Shown here in pieces: positions 1 to 7,337 of a DNA stretch of 32,258 nucleotides (positions are counted from its first letter, which is position 1; each line of letters opens with the position of its first letter). The DNA comes from Candidatus Methylomirabilis sp. (GTDB taxonomy: Bacteria; Patescibacteriota; Patescibacteriia; DYHP01). The notes beneath the pieces were generated by a model that made no database searches, was not told the DNA's origin, and worked only from the letters and a program-made list of their open reading frames with translations. The translations under genes and the position numbers were made by a program. The DNA lies in assembly GCA_020724105.1 (NCBI GenBank), contig DYHP01000004.1:1-32258 (forward strand). Direction: 5' to 3'.

Positions 1-2100
1 CAAGTCATAGACATTATTGGTTAAAGGATTGATGGAAGAGGCGAAAGTGGAGGTGGTGGTGTCGCCCTTGAGGGTGGTGTTGTTGACAAAAGCGGTGGTT
101 GAGGAATACAAACTTCTCCACGCCTGGCCATATGTTCCCAAATCATAAGTATTGTTGTCCGTGGCATAAAGATGCTGGAGGTGGGAAGTGGAAGAAGCGC
201 CTATTCCTCCAGACGGGTTTATCCAGCCGAGGATTGTTCCGCCTTCGTTTTGCCATTCAATAAGATTAGCAGATTGCGATGCGACTCGTCTGATGACAAT
301 GCCTTTGTAGTTTGAATTGGCAGTGTCAAGGGAAAGGCGGGTTTGGCCGAAAGTGGTGGAAGTGCCGACTCTTAATGCGGCGTTAACGGTAGTGGTGGTG
401 AAAACCGTGGTGTCGGTTTCAATGTTGGAAAGATAAAAATTATTCCATCTCAAAGCGGATGAACCCAAATCATAAGTGTCCGTGATTTTGGGCACGAAGG
501 ATGAACCAACGCGGCCGGTGAAAGTCAGGGTGTCTGAAGTGGCGTTGCCCAAAGTGGCATCGCCGTTAACAGTGATGCTGCCGGTAAAAGTGGAGTCGCC
601 CCCGACAGTAAGATGGCGGGTGATTGAAGCGTCATCGCCCACCGAGAGGTCGCGGCCCACGGAGAAATCATATGCCACGCCGCCAAAAGCGCCAGCAGTA
701 ACCGTTCCCTGAACCGCAGGCGTGCTGGCTTGTGTAACATAAGTGATGATTGGAGCGGCAGCGCCGGTTTGAATTCCCTTAACCGTGGCGCCTGTGAAAT
801 CTACCGTGCCGGTAACGCGGAGTTCCGGCGCCGAAAGAGCGCCAGTCATCACCAATTTTCCTCCCATTTCAAGGGAGCCGTCTTGCTTGACAGTGACGGC
901 GCCGAGTTTGAGGTCGCCATTTTCAATTTCCACCGGTCCTTTGATTCTTAATTTTTCCGCGCCAGCAATGATGCCGCCTTTGAGTTCTCCTTTGATGGTC
1001 AATTCGCGGTCAATGGTGGCGGAGTCAAGATTGAGTTTTGCGGCTTTGAGCAAAGTGATGATGTCGGCCGAGGTGAGTTTGGCCGCTTTTTCAATTTCTT
1101 TGATTTCTCTAATGATTATAGGAGCCGCCTTGCCTTCGGCAGATATGCCGCGCTCGCCTTCCGCCTCCGCCAAGGCTTCGGTGGACAAGTCGGCTTCGCC
1201 AACGCCGGGCAACGCCATTTCTGCGGGCGGTACGCCCTCCTCTGTTGAAACCTCCTCTGTTGAAACTTCGGCGGGCAAGCCGGGCGCGGTTTCTTCCGCG
1301 ATAGGACTAATAGGACTTATGGGTTTTTCTTTTGTAAACAGAGATACAACTTTGACTTGGATTTTAGATTTTAGATTTGAGGCAACATTGCGCAAGTGGA
1401 TGAGTCCCGCGGATGGCGCAGAGATTACTTTCTGGAGTCCGCCCTTTAGGGCGGTTTTAACAGATGTAGCCGCATCCTTTAAGCCGTGAGGGACACGCGG
1501 GCTAAAGCCCGCGGCTACATTAACTGCTCGCGACTTAAAAGTCGCGGCTACATTTTTGCCCGCCTGAAGACGGGACTCTATTTCTGAACCAACAAAAAGA
1601 ACACCGCTGCCGATGGATAATTCAACATGGCGGATGGAATCCTCGACTGTCTGCGCGAGATTTAAGATTTTAGATTTAAGATTAAATCTGTTAGTTGGCG
1701 GTTGTTGGTTGGCGGTTAGGGGTTGGTGATTGTTGGTTGATGGTTCGGCGGATTTTGCTTCTCCGCTGATTCTCTTCCCAAGCATTAAGAGAGAATCAAT
1801 CGCTCCCCTGCCGAATTCTTTAAACTTCTGTTTGACTAAACCCGCTCCTTCCTCCATCTCCATCCCCAGAGACAAGACCGCGTTGCCAAGGGTGAGTTCG
1901 GTCAGGCGCGCGGCGGATTCAACGCGTTGCGCCGCGGATTTGATAAGACCCATGGGGCCTATAGGACCTGTAGGACTTATAGGACTTGTTTCCGCAGCGG
2001 AAACCAAAAAAGGCGACAACAGAATAATCGCCGCAACTAATATGATTGTTGTTGCTTTGCAGATATTAAAATTGATATTAAAATTTTTTATTTTTTCCAT
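1..2100 (-). CDS. Large secreted/surface repeat protein; 5' complete, 3' end runs off the window
   Basis: My reverse-complement translation: ATG at 2100-2098, with the upstream 900 nt (2100-1201) checked codon by codon and the rest (1200-1) read once, showing no stop to position 1 (700 codons). It is not in the ORF track because it has no stop. The N-terminus MEKIKNFNINFNICKATTIILVAAIILLSPFLVSA resembles a signal peptide. The distal part is Gly/Thr-rich, with a (T/V)YDLG..W..Y motif recurring near 480-430, 150-100 and 18-1. The + ORFs 476-712, 785-1489 and 1730-2143 are antisense shadows. Confidence 0.75.
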   Translation of the reverse strand, partial: MEKIKNFNINFNICKATTIILVAAIILLSPFLVSAAETSPISPTGPIGPMGLIKSAAQRVESAARLTELTLGNAVLSLGMEMEEGAGLVKQKFKEFGRGAIDSLLMLGKRISGEAKSAEPSTNNHQPLTANQQPPTNRFNLKSKILNLAQTVEDSIRHVELSIGSGVLFVGSEIESRLQAGKNVAATFKSRAVNVAAGFSPRVPHGLKDAATSVKTALKGGLQKVISAPSAGLIHLRNVASNLKSKIQVKVVSLFTKEKPISPISPIAEETAPGLPAEVSTEEVSTEEGVPPAEMALPGVGEADLSTEALAEAEGERGISAEGKAAPIIIREIKEIEKAAKLTSADIITLLKAAKLNLDSATIDRELTIKGELKGGIIAGAEKLRIKGPVEIENGDLKLGAVTVKQDGSLEMGGKLVMTGALSAPELRVTGTVDFTGATVKGIQTGAAAPIITYVTQASTPAVQGTVTAGAFGGVAYDFSVGRDLSVGDDASITRHLTVGGDSTFTGSITVNGDATLGNATSDTLTFTGRVGSSFVPKITDTYDLGSSALRWNNFYLSNIETDTTVFTTTTVNAALRVGTSTTFGQTRLSLDTANSNYKGIVIRRVASQSANLIEWQNEGGTILGWINPSGGIGASSTSHLQHLYATDNNTYDLGTYGQAWRSLYSSTTAFVNNTTLKGDTTTSTFASSINPLTNNVYDL
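1301..1324. repeat. 9-mer family (ATAGGACTA/ATAGGACTT), in-frame in the surface protein
   Basis: ATAGGACTAATAGGACTTATGGGT, translated on the minus strand as PISPISPI. Confidence 0.7.
1658..1690. repeat. AGATTTA/AGATTTT heptamer array, in-frame in the surface protein
   Basis: GAGATTTAAGATTTTAGATTTAAGATTAAATCT, translated as NLKSKILNL. A shorter copy lies at 1361-1380. Confidence 0.7.
1944..1988. repeat. 9-mer family, in-frame just after the signal peptide of the surface protein
   Basis: ATAAGACCCATGGGGCCTATAGGACCTGTAGGACTTATAGGACTT, translated as SPISPTGPIGPMGLI. Confidence 0.75.
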
Positions 2101-2141
2101 GTATATCATGTATATATTATCTTGTACACAATATATATTAT

Positions 2142-2169
2142 AGTATAGCAAATTTATAGCAAAAATCAA
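2142..2169 (-). promoter_or_regulatory. Putative sigma70-like promoter for the surface protein gene
   Basis: On the minus strand: TTGATT (2169-2164), 16-nt spacer, TATACT (2147-2142). It lies about 40 nt upstream of the ATG at 2100. Confidence 0.3.
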
Positions 2170-2224
2170 GGGAATTCAAGCCCGTCCTGTGGATAACTAT
2201 TAAGCGCCATTTATGGTGCTCCCC

Positions 2225-2686
2225 CTACCTCAACATTTTATCCAATATTTTTCTCATCACCTTCACATCCGCCCGACCCTCTGTTTCTTTCATGGTCAAT
2301 CCGATAAAATACTGAAGCACCTCGACCTTGCCCGATTTATAATCTTGAACTTGTTTGGGATTGTTTTTAATTATGTTTTGGATTATTTCGGCAAGTTTCT
2401 CTTCGTCGTCCATTTTGCCCAGCCGTTTTTCTTCCATGATATGCGACGGGTCGGAGCCGGCCAAAAGCATTTCTTCAAGAACCGTCATTGCCGCCTGGCC
2501 TGAAATCTGATTTTGGTAAATTAATGTAATAAATTCGGCAAAATTTTCAGGCGAAATCCCCCTTCCCTCCCCCTTTATAAAGGGGGATAAGTGGGGGATT
2601 TTATGCTTTTCTATTAAACCGAATAATTTGGTTATTAACCAAGTTGATGTCAATCTAGCGAGTTTCTTTTTATGCTCTTCATTCAT
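2225..2686 (-). CDS. gatB: GatB C-terminal tail (GatB/YqeY-like) domain as a separate or frameshifted ORF
   Basis: The ORF-track protein 2225-2737 ends ...GKVEVLQYFIGLTMKETEGRADVKVMRKILDKMLR, typical of the GatB C-terminus. An internal ATG (MNEEHKKKLARL...) at 2686-2684 lies 11 nt after the TAA of the upstream gatB ORF. The frame differs from 2698-3843. Confidence 0.7.
   Translation of the reverse strand: MNEEHKKKLARLTSTWLITKLFGLIEKHKIPHLSPFIKGEGRGISPENFAEFITLIYQNQISGQAAMTVLEEMLLAGSDPSHIMEEKRLGKMDDEEKLAEIIQNIIKNNPKQVQDYKSGKVEVLQYFIGLTMKETEGRADVKVMRKILDKMLR
2554..2602 (-). repeat. Family C C-run/G-run hairpin (in-frame in the gatB C-terminal ORF)
   Basis: AAATCCCCCTTCCCTCCCCCTTTATAAAGGGGGATAAGTGGGGGATTT. 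It translates as IPHLSPFIKGEGRGIS. Confidence 0.7.
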
Positions 2687-2697
2687 AAAATGGGAAA

Positions 2698-3843
2698 TTA
2701 AATCTCTTCTTCGTGTTCCGGTTGTGATTTGACCCACTCATAAAGCTCTGATATCACTTTTTCGGTGTAATTGGCGAGGTGTAAGTCGTCGGTTAAAATT
2801 TTGGCGTCCGAAGCGTTAAAGCCGTATTCGTCTTGGAATCTCTGGCGTTTGGCAGCGGGCAATTCGGGAATTTTGTTTTTGAGCATCTCTCGAAATTCAA
2901 TCAAATTAAGCGGCGGGGTGTCGGGTTCGGGGAAGTAGCGGTAATCGTGCGATTCTTCCTTGATCCGCTGCTCCTCGGTGATGCCTTTTGTTTCATTCCA
3001 ACCGCGCGTTGATTGATACTTTGGCGGTTTGCCTTTTTCAAAAAGTTTTGTTTGGCGGATGATTTCATACTCCAGGGCGCGTTCGACGGCTTTGAAGGAA
3101 TTAAGATTTTTGATTTCGGTCTTCGGGTTAATAGGTCCTATGGGTCCAATAGGACTTATGGGTCCTAAAGGAGATAAAGAGATGTTGGCGTCAACTCGTA
3201 GATGGCCTTTTTCCATATCGGCGGAGGTAATGCCGAGATAGCGCATTATGAGCCGCAATTCCTGAAGAAAAATTTTCGCTTCCTGCGGGGAGCGGATGTC
3301 GGGCTCAGTAACGATTTCTAAAAGCGGGGTTCCTGAACGATTGAAATCAATGTATGTAGAAGCCATGTGCAAAAGCTTGGCCGCGTCTTCTTCAAGGTGG
3401 ACGCGCGCGAGGCGGATTTTAGTAGAAGCAGATTGACGCTGATTGAGTGCGCTGATTAACGCTGAAGAACTCCCTCCCTTACCCTCCCCCTTTTCAAGGG
3501 GGAGGGATGGGGTGGGGGATATTTCAAGATAACCTTGCCGCCCAATGGGTTTATCAAACTGTGAAATTTGGTAACCTTTGGGCAAGTCGGGGTAAAAATA
3601 ATTTTTGCGGTCGAATTTTGAAAAATCCAAAATCCCGCAATTTAAAGATAGTGCGGCGAGCACCGCATATTCTATCGCTCGCTTGTTTGGAACCGGCAAC
3701 ACGCCCGGATGACCCATGCAAACGGGGCAGATGGTGGTGTTGGGGGATTTGTCTTCGCCGGAATTGTCACAGGCGCAAAACATCTTAGATTTTGTTTTGA
3801 GTTGGACATGGATTTCTAATCCTATTATTGGAATATAATTCAT
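2698..3843 (-). CDS. gatB: Asp/Glu-tRNA amidotransferase subunit B, N-terminal catalytic part (ends early at TAA 2700-2698)
   Basis: MNYIPIIGLEIHVQLKTKSKMFCAC..., RVHLEEDAAKL and EIKNLNSFKAVERALEYEIIRQ are GatB hallmarks. It carries two in-frame repeat insertions (3470-3520 and 3129-3168). Confidence 0.85.
   Translation of the reverse strand: MNYIPIIGLEIHVQLKTKSKMFCACDNSGEDKSPNTTICPVCMGHPGVLPVPNKRAIEYAVLAALSLNCGILDFSKFDRKNYFYPDLPKGYQISQFDKPIGRQGYLEISPTPSLPLEKGEGKGGSSSALISALNQRQSASTKIRLARVHLEEDAAKLLHMASTYIDFNRSGTPLLEIVTEPDIRSPQEAKIFLQELRLIMRYLGITSADMEKGHLRVDANISLSPLGPISPIGPIGPINPKTEIKNLNSFKAVERALEYEIIRQTKLFEKGKPPKYQSTRGWNETKGITEEQRIKEESHDYRYFPEPDTPPLNLIEFREMLKNKIPELPAAKRQRFQDEYGFNASDAKILTDDLHLANYTEKVISELYEWVKSQPEHEEEI
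3129..3168. repeat. 9-mer family, in-frame in gatB
   Basis: TAATAGGTCCTATGGGTCCAATAGGACTTATGGGTCCTAA, translated as LGPISPIGPIGPIN just before the conserved EIKNLNSF block. Confidence 0.8.
3470..3520 (-). repeat. Family C hairpin (in-frame in the gatB N-terminal ORF)
   Basis: CTCCCTCCCTTACCCTCCCCCTTTTCAAGGGGGAGGGATGGGGTGGGGGAT. It translates as ISPTPSLPLEKGEGKGGS. Confidence 0.7.
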
Positions 3844-3848
3844 AAGAT

Positions 3849-3870
3849 AAATAGGACCAATGGGACTAAT
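3849..3870. repeat. 9-mer family, spacer between membrane-protein stop and gatB start
   Basis: AAATAGGACCAATGGGACTAAT fills the 22-bp spacer. Confidence 0.6.
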
Positions 3871-4693
3871 CGGCTTTACTTGCTTGTAAATCTCTAAATA
3901 AAATGACCATGCTGATTATAAACAGCGGAACAAAAAGAGCGTTGATGTAGATCGAGCCGAACAATTTGGCGAAATCCGCAAAGTAAGTCACAATTTTGTC
4001 GGCGCTTACAACGAGATATTCTTGAGTCAGTTCAACAAGATTTATAAAAATTTGCGACACCGCCCAGTTGAACATTGACCATAAAATAGTTGGAACAAAA
4101 ATCCTCAGTAATACCGGCCAGAAACGACCCTTGACCAAGACCTTACTTTGAATAAGAGAGTTCTTAATTCCATTCCCACCGCTTCCACCGTTTCCGCCTC
4201 CGAAGCGGAAACGACCACCTTGGAGGTGGAAATCCAATATTGCGAAGTATATGGCAAAAGCGAACCAGACGCTAAAAATTATGCCGGGCACAATCAAGAG
4301 AATGAGACCGGCAATTTGAATAAGGCTGACAATTACGGCAATTAAAAGCACCTCAAACCACAGAGATAAGGCGGCCTTGAACTCGTTCTTAATAGACACG
4401 GAGCTTGCGGAACTTGACACGATTGCGGGAGCGCTAAAGCGACTTAACTGTTTATCAGCAACTCTAACAAGCACTATGGTTAGAAGTATGGTTAAAATGA
4501 GAACACAAAAACCGACGACAATGCTTACCGCCATGCCGGCAATTCCCGCATATTTCAAAGTATTGAGCAATAAGCCGATGGCGCCGATCGGCACGGTAAT
4601 CAAAAAAATGAGCAAACTCAGTTTCAAATAAGTGCGGAGGTTTTGGCTGTATAAAGTCCAAGTGTTGGAAATGAGATTTGAGAGAGTTATCAT
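3866..4693 (-). CDS. Multi-pass membrane protein, unknown function
   Basis: The ORF has several long hydrophobic segments. I prefer the ATG at 4693 (MITLSNLISNTW) because the track start at 4738 is a TTG inside an intergenic hairpin repeat. A Gly-rich insert (GGRFRFGGGNGGSGGNG) is encoded by hairpin repeats. Confidence 0.6.
   Translation of the reverse strand: MITLSNLISNTWTLYSQNLRTYLKLSLLIFLITVPIGAIGLLLNTLKYAGIAGMAVSIVVGFCVLILTILLTIVLVRVADKQLSRFSAPAIVSSSASSVSIKNEFKAALSLWFEVLLIAVIVSLIQIAGLILLIVPGIIFSVWFAFAIYFAILDFHLQGGRFRFGGGNGGSGGNGIKNSLIQSKVLVKGRFWPVLLRIFVPTILWSMFNWAVSQIFINLVELTQEYLVVSADKIVTYFADFAKLFGSIYINALFVPLFIISMVILFRDLQASKAD
4189..4233 (-). repeat. Family E small hairpins, tandem pair in-frame in the membrane protein
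   Basis: CGTTTCCGC-CTCCGAA-GCGGAAACG followed by CCACCTTGGAGGTGGAAAT. The pair encodes part of the Gly-rich insert. Confidence 0.6.
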
Positions 4694-4702
4694 ATGTTTA
4701 AT

Positions 4703-4783
4703 AACACTGAACTCACAGAACATTACACGGAATAACAACGAAGTTTTCCGTGTGGTTCTGTGTTAAGTTCAGTAGATTCGGTG
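4703..4783. repeat. Family F hairpin (words TTCCGTGT, GGTTCTGTGTTA, GTTCAG, TTCGGTG), copy 1
   Basis: Left arm AACACTGAACTCACAGAACATTACACGGAA and right arm TTCCGTGTGGTTCTGTGTTAAGTTCAGT. It lies directly 5' of the membrane-protein ATG at 4693. Confidence 0.7.
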
Positions 4784-4794
4784 ATAAAAAGTTT

Positions 4795-5538
4795 CTATTT
4801 ATAAATATAATTTTTTAATGTTTTTATCGCTTCTTCAACCATTTCTTTGGGCGGTTTTGACGCGTCAAGATAACAAACGTCGCTGCCGTATTTTTTTATT
4901 AAAAATTTGAACCATTGCGATTTGAATCTGGTGTGAATCTTTTTCTGAAACGCCAATTTTTCAAAAATCATCTGGTCATGCTTTCCAACGCGTTTTCGAA
5001 GGCGCGCCATAGCAATCTCCGGTTTGATGTCGGCAATAAACAAAACATCGGGCGACCAGCTTAGAGCCAATGAATTTCCTTCAAATTTTATAACTTTTTT
5101 TATGGAAATTTTTCCGTTTTGAATCGGCTGATAAATCAGCGAGGTGGCAACGCCTCTGTCTTGAATTATTATTTTTCCCATTTTGAGCGCGGGAATCAAA
5201 ATTCTGCGGTATAAAACCGCGCGGTCGATTGAAAACGCTTGCGCGGTCATCTCGGCGGAATATTTTTCCGCCGCGCTGTCGTGAATCAATTCCTGCCTAA
5301 TTGCTTCGCCGACCCAAACGGAAGTCGGTTCCGCCGACAAAATGACATCCGCTTCAAGAACTTTGTGAAGTTCGGGGTAAGTTTTGTGTTTTTTCCAATA
5401 ATCTTTCAAATCAAAAATTTTCAGGTTACTTTTTTTGAACCATTCCGACACGCCGGCAATTATCGTGCTTTTGCCCGAACCGTCGATGCCGTCGATCATG
5501 ATAAATAAACCCGTGTACTTATTCCTGCTTTTTGACAT
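4795..5538 (-). CDS. tmk: Thymidylate (dTMP) kinase-like
   Basis: P-loop IDGIDGSGKST near the N-terminus and overall dTMP-kinase-like layout. Confidence 0.7.
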   Translation of the reverse strand: MSKSRNKYTGLFIMIDGIDGSGKSTIIAGVSEWFKKSNLKIFDLKDYWKKHKTYPELHKVLEADVILSAEPTSVWVGEAIRQELIHDSAAEKYSAEMTAQAFSIDRAVLYRRILIPALKMGKIIIQDRGVATSLIYQPIQNGKISIKKVIKFEGNSLALSWSPDVLFIADIKPEIAMARLRKRVGKHDQMIFEKLAFQKKIHTRFKSQWFKFLIKKYGSDVCYLDASKPPKEMVEEAIKTLKNYIYK

Positions 5539-5572
5539 ATAGAGAATTATAACACAAAAATAAAAAAAATCC

Positions 5573-5622
5573 CATAAAACCTATAGGACCTTATAAGACC
5601 TTTAGGACTTATAGGACTAATA
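5573..5622. repeat. 9-mer family, dut-tmk spacer
   Basis: CATAAAACC TATAGGACC TTATAAGAC CTTTAGGAC TTATAGGAC TAATA. It overlaps the dut stop. Confidence 0.8.
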
Positions 5623-6051
5623 AAAACCGGTAGAGCCGATGCCGCCGCGCGAATTATTTTTATTTTCTTTCGTCTCTTCCAACTCGGCTCTTTCTATTTT
5701 CACCAGAATCGCCTGGGCGAGCCGCTCCCCTCTTTTTATTTCCGCTTCTTTGTCGCTGAAATTAAAAAGTTCAAGTTTTATTTCATCGTCCGGTCCGCAA
5801 TAATCTTGATCCAAAATCCCCACGCAATTCGCCAAAGTCAGTCCCTTTTTGACGGGCAAACTGCTGCGCGGAGCGAGCATTAGCATGAAACCGGGCGGAA
5901 CTTCAACGATTAAATTCGCCGGCGCGATTTTAATTTCTTTCGGCTTTATAACAATGTCTTCGCGGGAATATAAATCAAACGCGACAGAACCCGAAGTTTG
6001 GTATTGAGGGGCCGGCAAAGAGGGATCGATAAGGTGGATTTTTAGTTTCAT
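5617..6051 (-). CDS. dut: dUTP diphosphatase
   Basis: 144 aa with dUTPase motifs (AFDLYS, PRSSL, GILDQDY, GGIGSTG). Confidence 0.8.
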   Translation of the reverse strand: MKLKIHLIDPSLPAPQYQTSGSVAFDLYSREDIVIKPKEIKIAPANLIVEVPPGFMLMLAPRSSLPVKKGLTLANCVGILDQDYCGPDDEIKLELFNFSDKEAEIKRGERLAQAILVKIERAELEETKENKNNSRGGIGSTGFY

Positions 6052-6056
6052 AAACA

Positions 6057-6140
6057 GGTCTTATAAGCCTGCCCCGTAGTTCCCGACTTGTCGGGATACT
6101 GCGGGGTCCTATTGGTCTTATGGGCCTCATGGGACTGATA
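6057..6140. repeat. 9-mer family flanking a GC hairpin, rplA-dut spacer
   Basis: AGGTCTTATAAGCC, then the hairpin CCCCG..TCCCGAC-TT-GTCGGGA..CGGGG, then TCCTATTGGTCTTATGGGCCTCATGGGACTGATA. Confidence 0.7.
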
Positions 6141-6143
6141 TAA

Positions 6144-6821
6144 TTAAACGGCGATTTTTATTGACGGGCCCATTGTTGAAGAAATGTAAGCGCCTTTTAT
6201 AAACTCTCCTTTTGAAGAAGACGGCTTTGCTTTTTTGATTGCCGAAATCAAGGCCTGAAAATTGCCGACAAGTTTGCTGTTGTCGTGCGAGATTTTTCCG
6301 AAAACAACGTGCACGTTGCCAGCGGCGTCGTTTTTGAAATCAACCTTGCCCGCCTTTTGCTCGCTGACCATCTTTTTGACGTTGGCGCCGACGGTATCAA
6401 GTTTGGGATTGGGCATCAAACCTTTCGGACCCAAAATCTTCGCGATTTTGGCAAGTTTGGGCATTATTTCCGGCATTGCCACCGCCACGTCAAAATCGCA
6501 TTTTTTTGACAAAGCGATTTGGGCAACCAACTCCTCGCCGCCAACGATATCCGCGCCGGCGTCTTTTGCTTCTTTTTCTTTGTCAGGCGAAACAAAAGCA
6601 ATGACTTTTTTCGTTTTGCCCGAGCCGTAAGGCAGCGCCACGCTGCCGCGGACGCTCTGCTCGCTTTTTGAAACGTCAATGCCCAAACGAAGATGCAATT
6701 CCAAAGTCGCGTCAAATTTAGCGTAAGAAGTTTTTTTTGCCAAATCAACGGCCTCTTCCAAGCTGTACACTTTCTTCGGGTCAATTTGTTTTAATGACTC
6801 TGTATACTTTTTACCATGCAT
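6144..6821 (-). CDS. rplA: 50S ribosomal protein L1
   Basis: 225 aa, typical L1 sequence, located downstream of rplK. Confidence 0.92.
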   Translation of the reverse strand: MHGKKYTESLKQIDPKKVYSLEEAVDLAKKTSYAKFDATLELHLRLGIDVSKSEQSVRGSVALPYGSGKTKKVIAFVSPDKEKEAKDAGADIVGGEELVAQIALSKKCDFDVAVAMPEIMPKLAKIAKILGPKGLMPNPKLDTVGANVKKMVSEQKAGKVDFKNDAAGNVHVVFGKISHDNSKLVGNFQALISAIKKAKPSSSKGEFIKGAYISSTMGPSIKIAV

Positions 6822-6858
6822 ATAATTTAAACCAAAAATTAAAAACCAAAAACCAAAA

Positions 6859-7284
6859 CTAATCTACAACCTCCAAGCCCATCTGCCTTGCCGTGCCCTC
6901 GATCATCTTCATTGCCGCCTCAACGTTGTCGCAATTGAGGTCGGGCATTTTCTTTTCGGCAATCTCGCGGATTTGGGCGCGGCTAACTTTGCCGATTTTG
7001 TCTTGCGGCGGCTTTTGCGAACCTTTTTCAACGCCGGCCGCCTTTTTTAAAAGTTCGGCCGCCGGAGGGGTCTTTAAAACAAACGAGTAAGTTCTGTCTT
7101 CGTAAACGGCAATCACCACCGGTATAATGTCGTCTCCCAGATTCTTGGTTTTTTCGTTGAATCGGCTGCAGAACTCGGAAATGTTGAGTCCGTGCTGACC
7201 CAGCGCCGGACCGACCGGCGGAGCAGGAGTCGCTTTGCCGGCGGGAATCTGGAGTTTGATATGTGTTTTTACTTTCTTGGGCAT
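6859..7284 (-). CDS. rplK: 50S ribosomal protein L11
   Basis: [35 protein letters not shown]... is canonical L11. Confidence 0.95.
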   Translation of the reverse strand: MPKKVKTHIKLQIPAGKATPAPPVGPALGQHGLNISEFCSRFNEKTKNLGDDIIPVVIAVYEDRTYSFVLKTPPAAELLKKAAGVEKGSQKPPQDKIGKVSRAQIREIAEKKMPDLNCDNVEAAMKMIEGTARQMGLEVVD

Positions 7285-7292
7285 AAATTTCT

Positions 7293-7337
7293 GATAGGAC
7301 TGATAAGTCCAATAAGACCAACGGGTCTCATAGGATT
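7293..7337. repeat. 9-mer family, nusG-rplK spacer
   Basis: GATAGGACTGATAAGTCCAATAAGACCAACGGGTCTCATAGGATT. Confidence 0.75.

Noticed and set aside
1-2100. Possible alternative genetic code (UGA recoding) to explain the lack of a listed minus-strand ORF
   Set aside because: The minus-strand frame is open with the standard code. It is simply not listed because it lacks a stop inside the window. All other genes read normally with code 11.
476-2143. + strand ORFs 476-712, 785-1489 and 1730-2143 from the ORF track
   Set aside because: Their products are Ser/Pro/Ala-rich low-complexity sequences typical of antisense translation. The opposite strand carries one continuous 700-codon ORF with a signal peptide and coherent repeat structure.
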